A stretch of DNA of 64,000 nucleotides from a virus. Made by a program: the position numbers and the translations under genes. Positions 63,505-64,000 of the stretch are shown here, in pieces (within the stretch, counting starts at the first letter, position 1; the number at the start of each line of letters is the position of its first letter). Location of the stretch: IMG/VR virus record IMGVR_UViG_3300042731_006881, positions 1 through 64,000 of that record. One strand, given 5' to 3'. The notes beneath the pieces are model-generated. The model was not told the origin of the DNA. It ran no database searches and was given only the letters and a program-made list of their open reading frames with translations.

Positions 63505-64000
63505 GTGACTAGCGATACTCCTTCCATGACGTGCCGGTACTGCCAGTCTCCACTCGTGCGTGGTGGACCTCAGCAGCGTCTGTGCGGAGACCTGATTGAG
63601 TACTGCAAATGCAGCAACCCTGCATGTCTAGGGACCACTCCGCTGGTCGTTGAGGCATGTCAGCACGCACGTGTGGCAAGGGTGTCAATCGACCGTCTGG
63701 GAGACATGGCCGTTGACGTTCGCAAGTACAGCTATCGCGTCATCTGGTCGCAGGATGACGAGGAGCACGTGGGGCTGTGCTCGGAGTTCCCGAGCCTGAG
63801 TCACCTAGCTCCAGACCAACTCGAAGCGTTGCAGGGCATTCACGACCTCGTGGAGTCCGTCTGCGCTGACATGGAGGCAGCAGGCGATCCGCTTCCGGAG
63901 CCGCTGGCGATGAAGGCTACTTTCGATCTCCACAATGGCTCGAGCAGCAGTAGGTCAGTCGTGCGTGTCAGATGCGTGGAATGCGGACGTATCTGGACAG
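63505..64000 (+). CDS. HicB-like domain protein flanked by Cys motifs (partial, runs off window)
   Basis: From ATG 63706: YSYRVIWSQDDEEHVGLCSEFPSLSHLA..EALQGI..LV..DM..G.PLPEPLA; frame is open from GTG 63505. Confidence 0.7.
   Translation, partial: MTSDTPSMTCRYCQSPLVRGGPQQRLCGDLIEYCKCSNPACLGTTPLVVEACQHARVARVSIDRLGDMAVDVRKYSYRVIWSQDDEEHVGLCSEFPSLSHLAPDQLEALQGIHDLVESVCADMEAAGDPLPEPLAMKATFDLHNGSSSSRSVVRVRCVECGRIWT

Noticed and set aside
1-64000. Stop-codon reassignment, or Mu-type transposable phage
   Set aside because: Core genes are intact in the standard code and end in all three stop codons; no transposase is present and replication uses an initiator plus DnaB.

Overview
The window is part of one tailed dsDNA phage or prophage genome with a Mu-like contractile tail. 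A Gly/Ala- and Cys-rich lipoprotein suggests a myxobacterial (Polyangia-like) host, which is an inference. The minus strand, read from about 60.3 kb leftwards, carries: early and accessory genes (Cro-like HTH, ASCH-like protein, Arr-type ADP-ribosyltransferase, four DNA methyltransferases, DUF2303, VRR-NUC); replication genes (initiator with internal iteron-like repeats, DnaB with an Ala-starting class-3-type LAGLIDADG intein); DUF5131 and DUF1643; packaging and head genes; tail and baseplate genes; receptor-binding proteins; lysis genes; and a second virion-protein block. Small + strand cassettes with their own sigma70-like promoters interrupt the late region at 5.2-7.4 kb, 14.6-15.8 kb and 26.7-26.9 kb; the first two also have palindromic operators. 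A divergent + strand early operon starts at 60.3 kb. The best candidate for an undescribed system is a family of three anticodon-less tRNA-like RNAs (7-8 bp acceptor-like stem, then NNN-UGG, then a canonical GG-UUCGAUU-CC T-arm). One has its own TTGAAA/TATAAT promoter inside the tail operon; two lie in a ~1.4 kb region dense in hairpins and shuffled repeats. Other leads are acr/aca-like accessory operons sharing a 56-aa paralog, and a domain inserted in the tail sheath that is also encoded as a stand-alone gene. All calls come from reading the sequence and recalling family motifs; no searches or folding programs were run. No integrase, CRISPR array, reverse transcriptase or canonical tRNA was seen.
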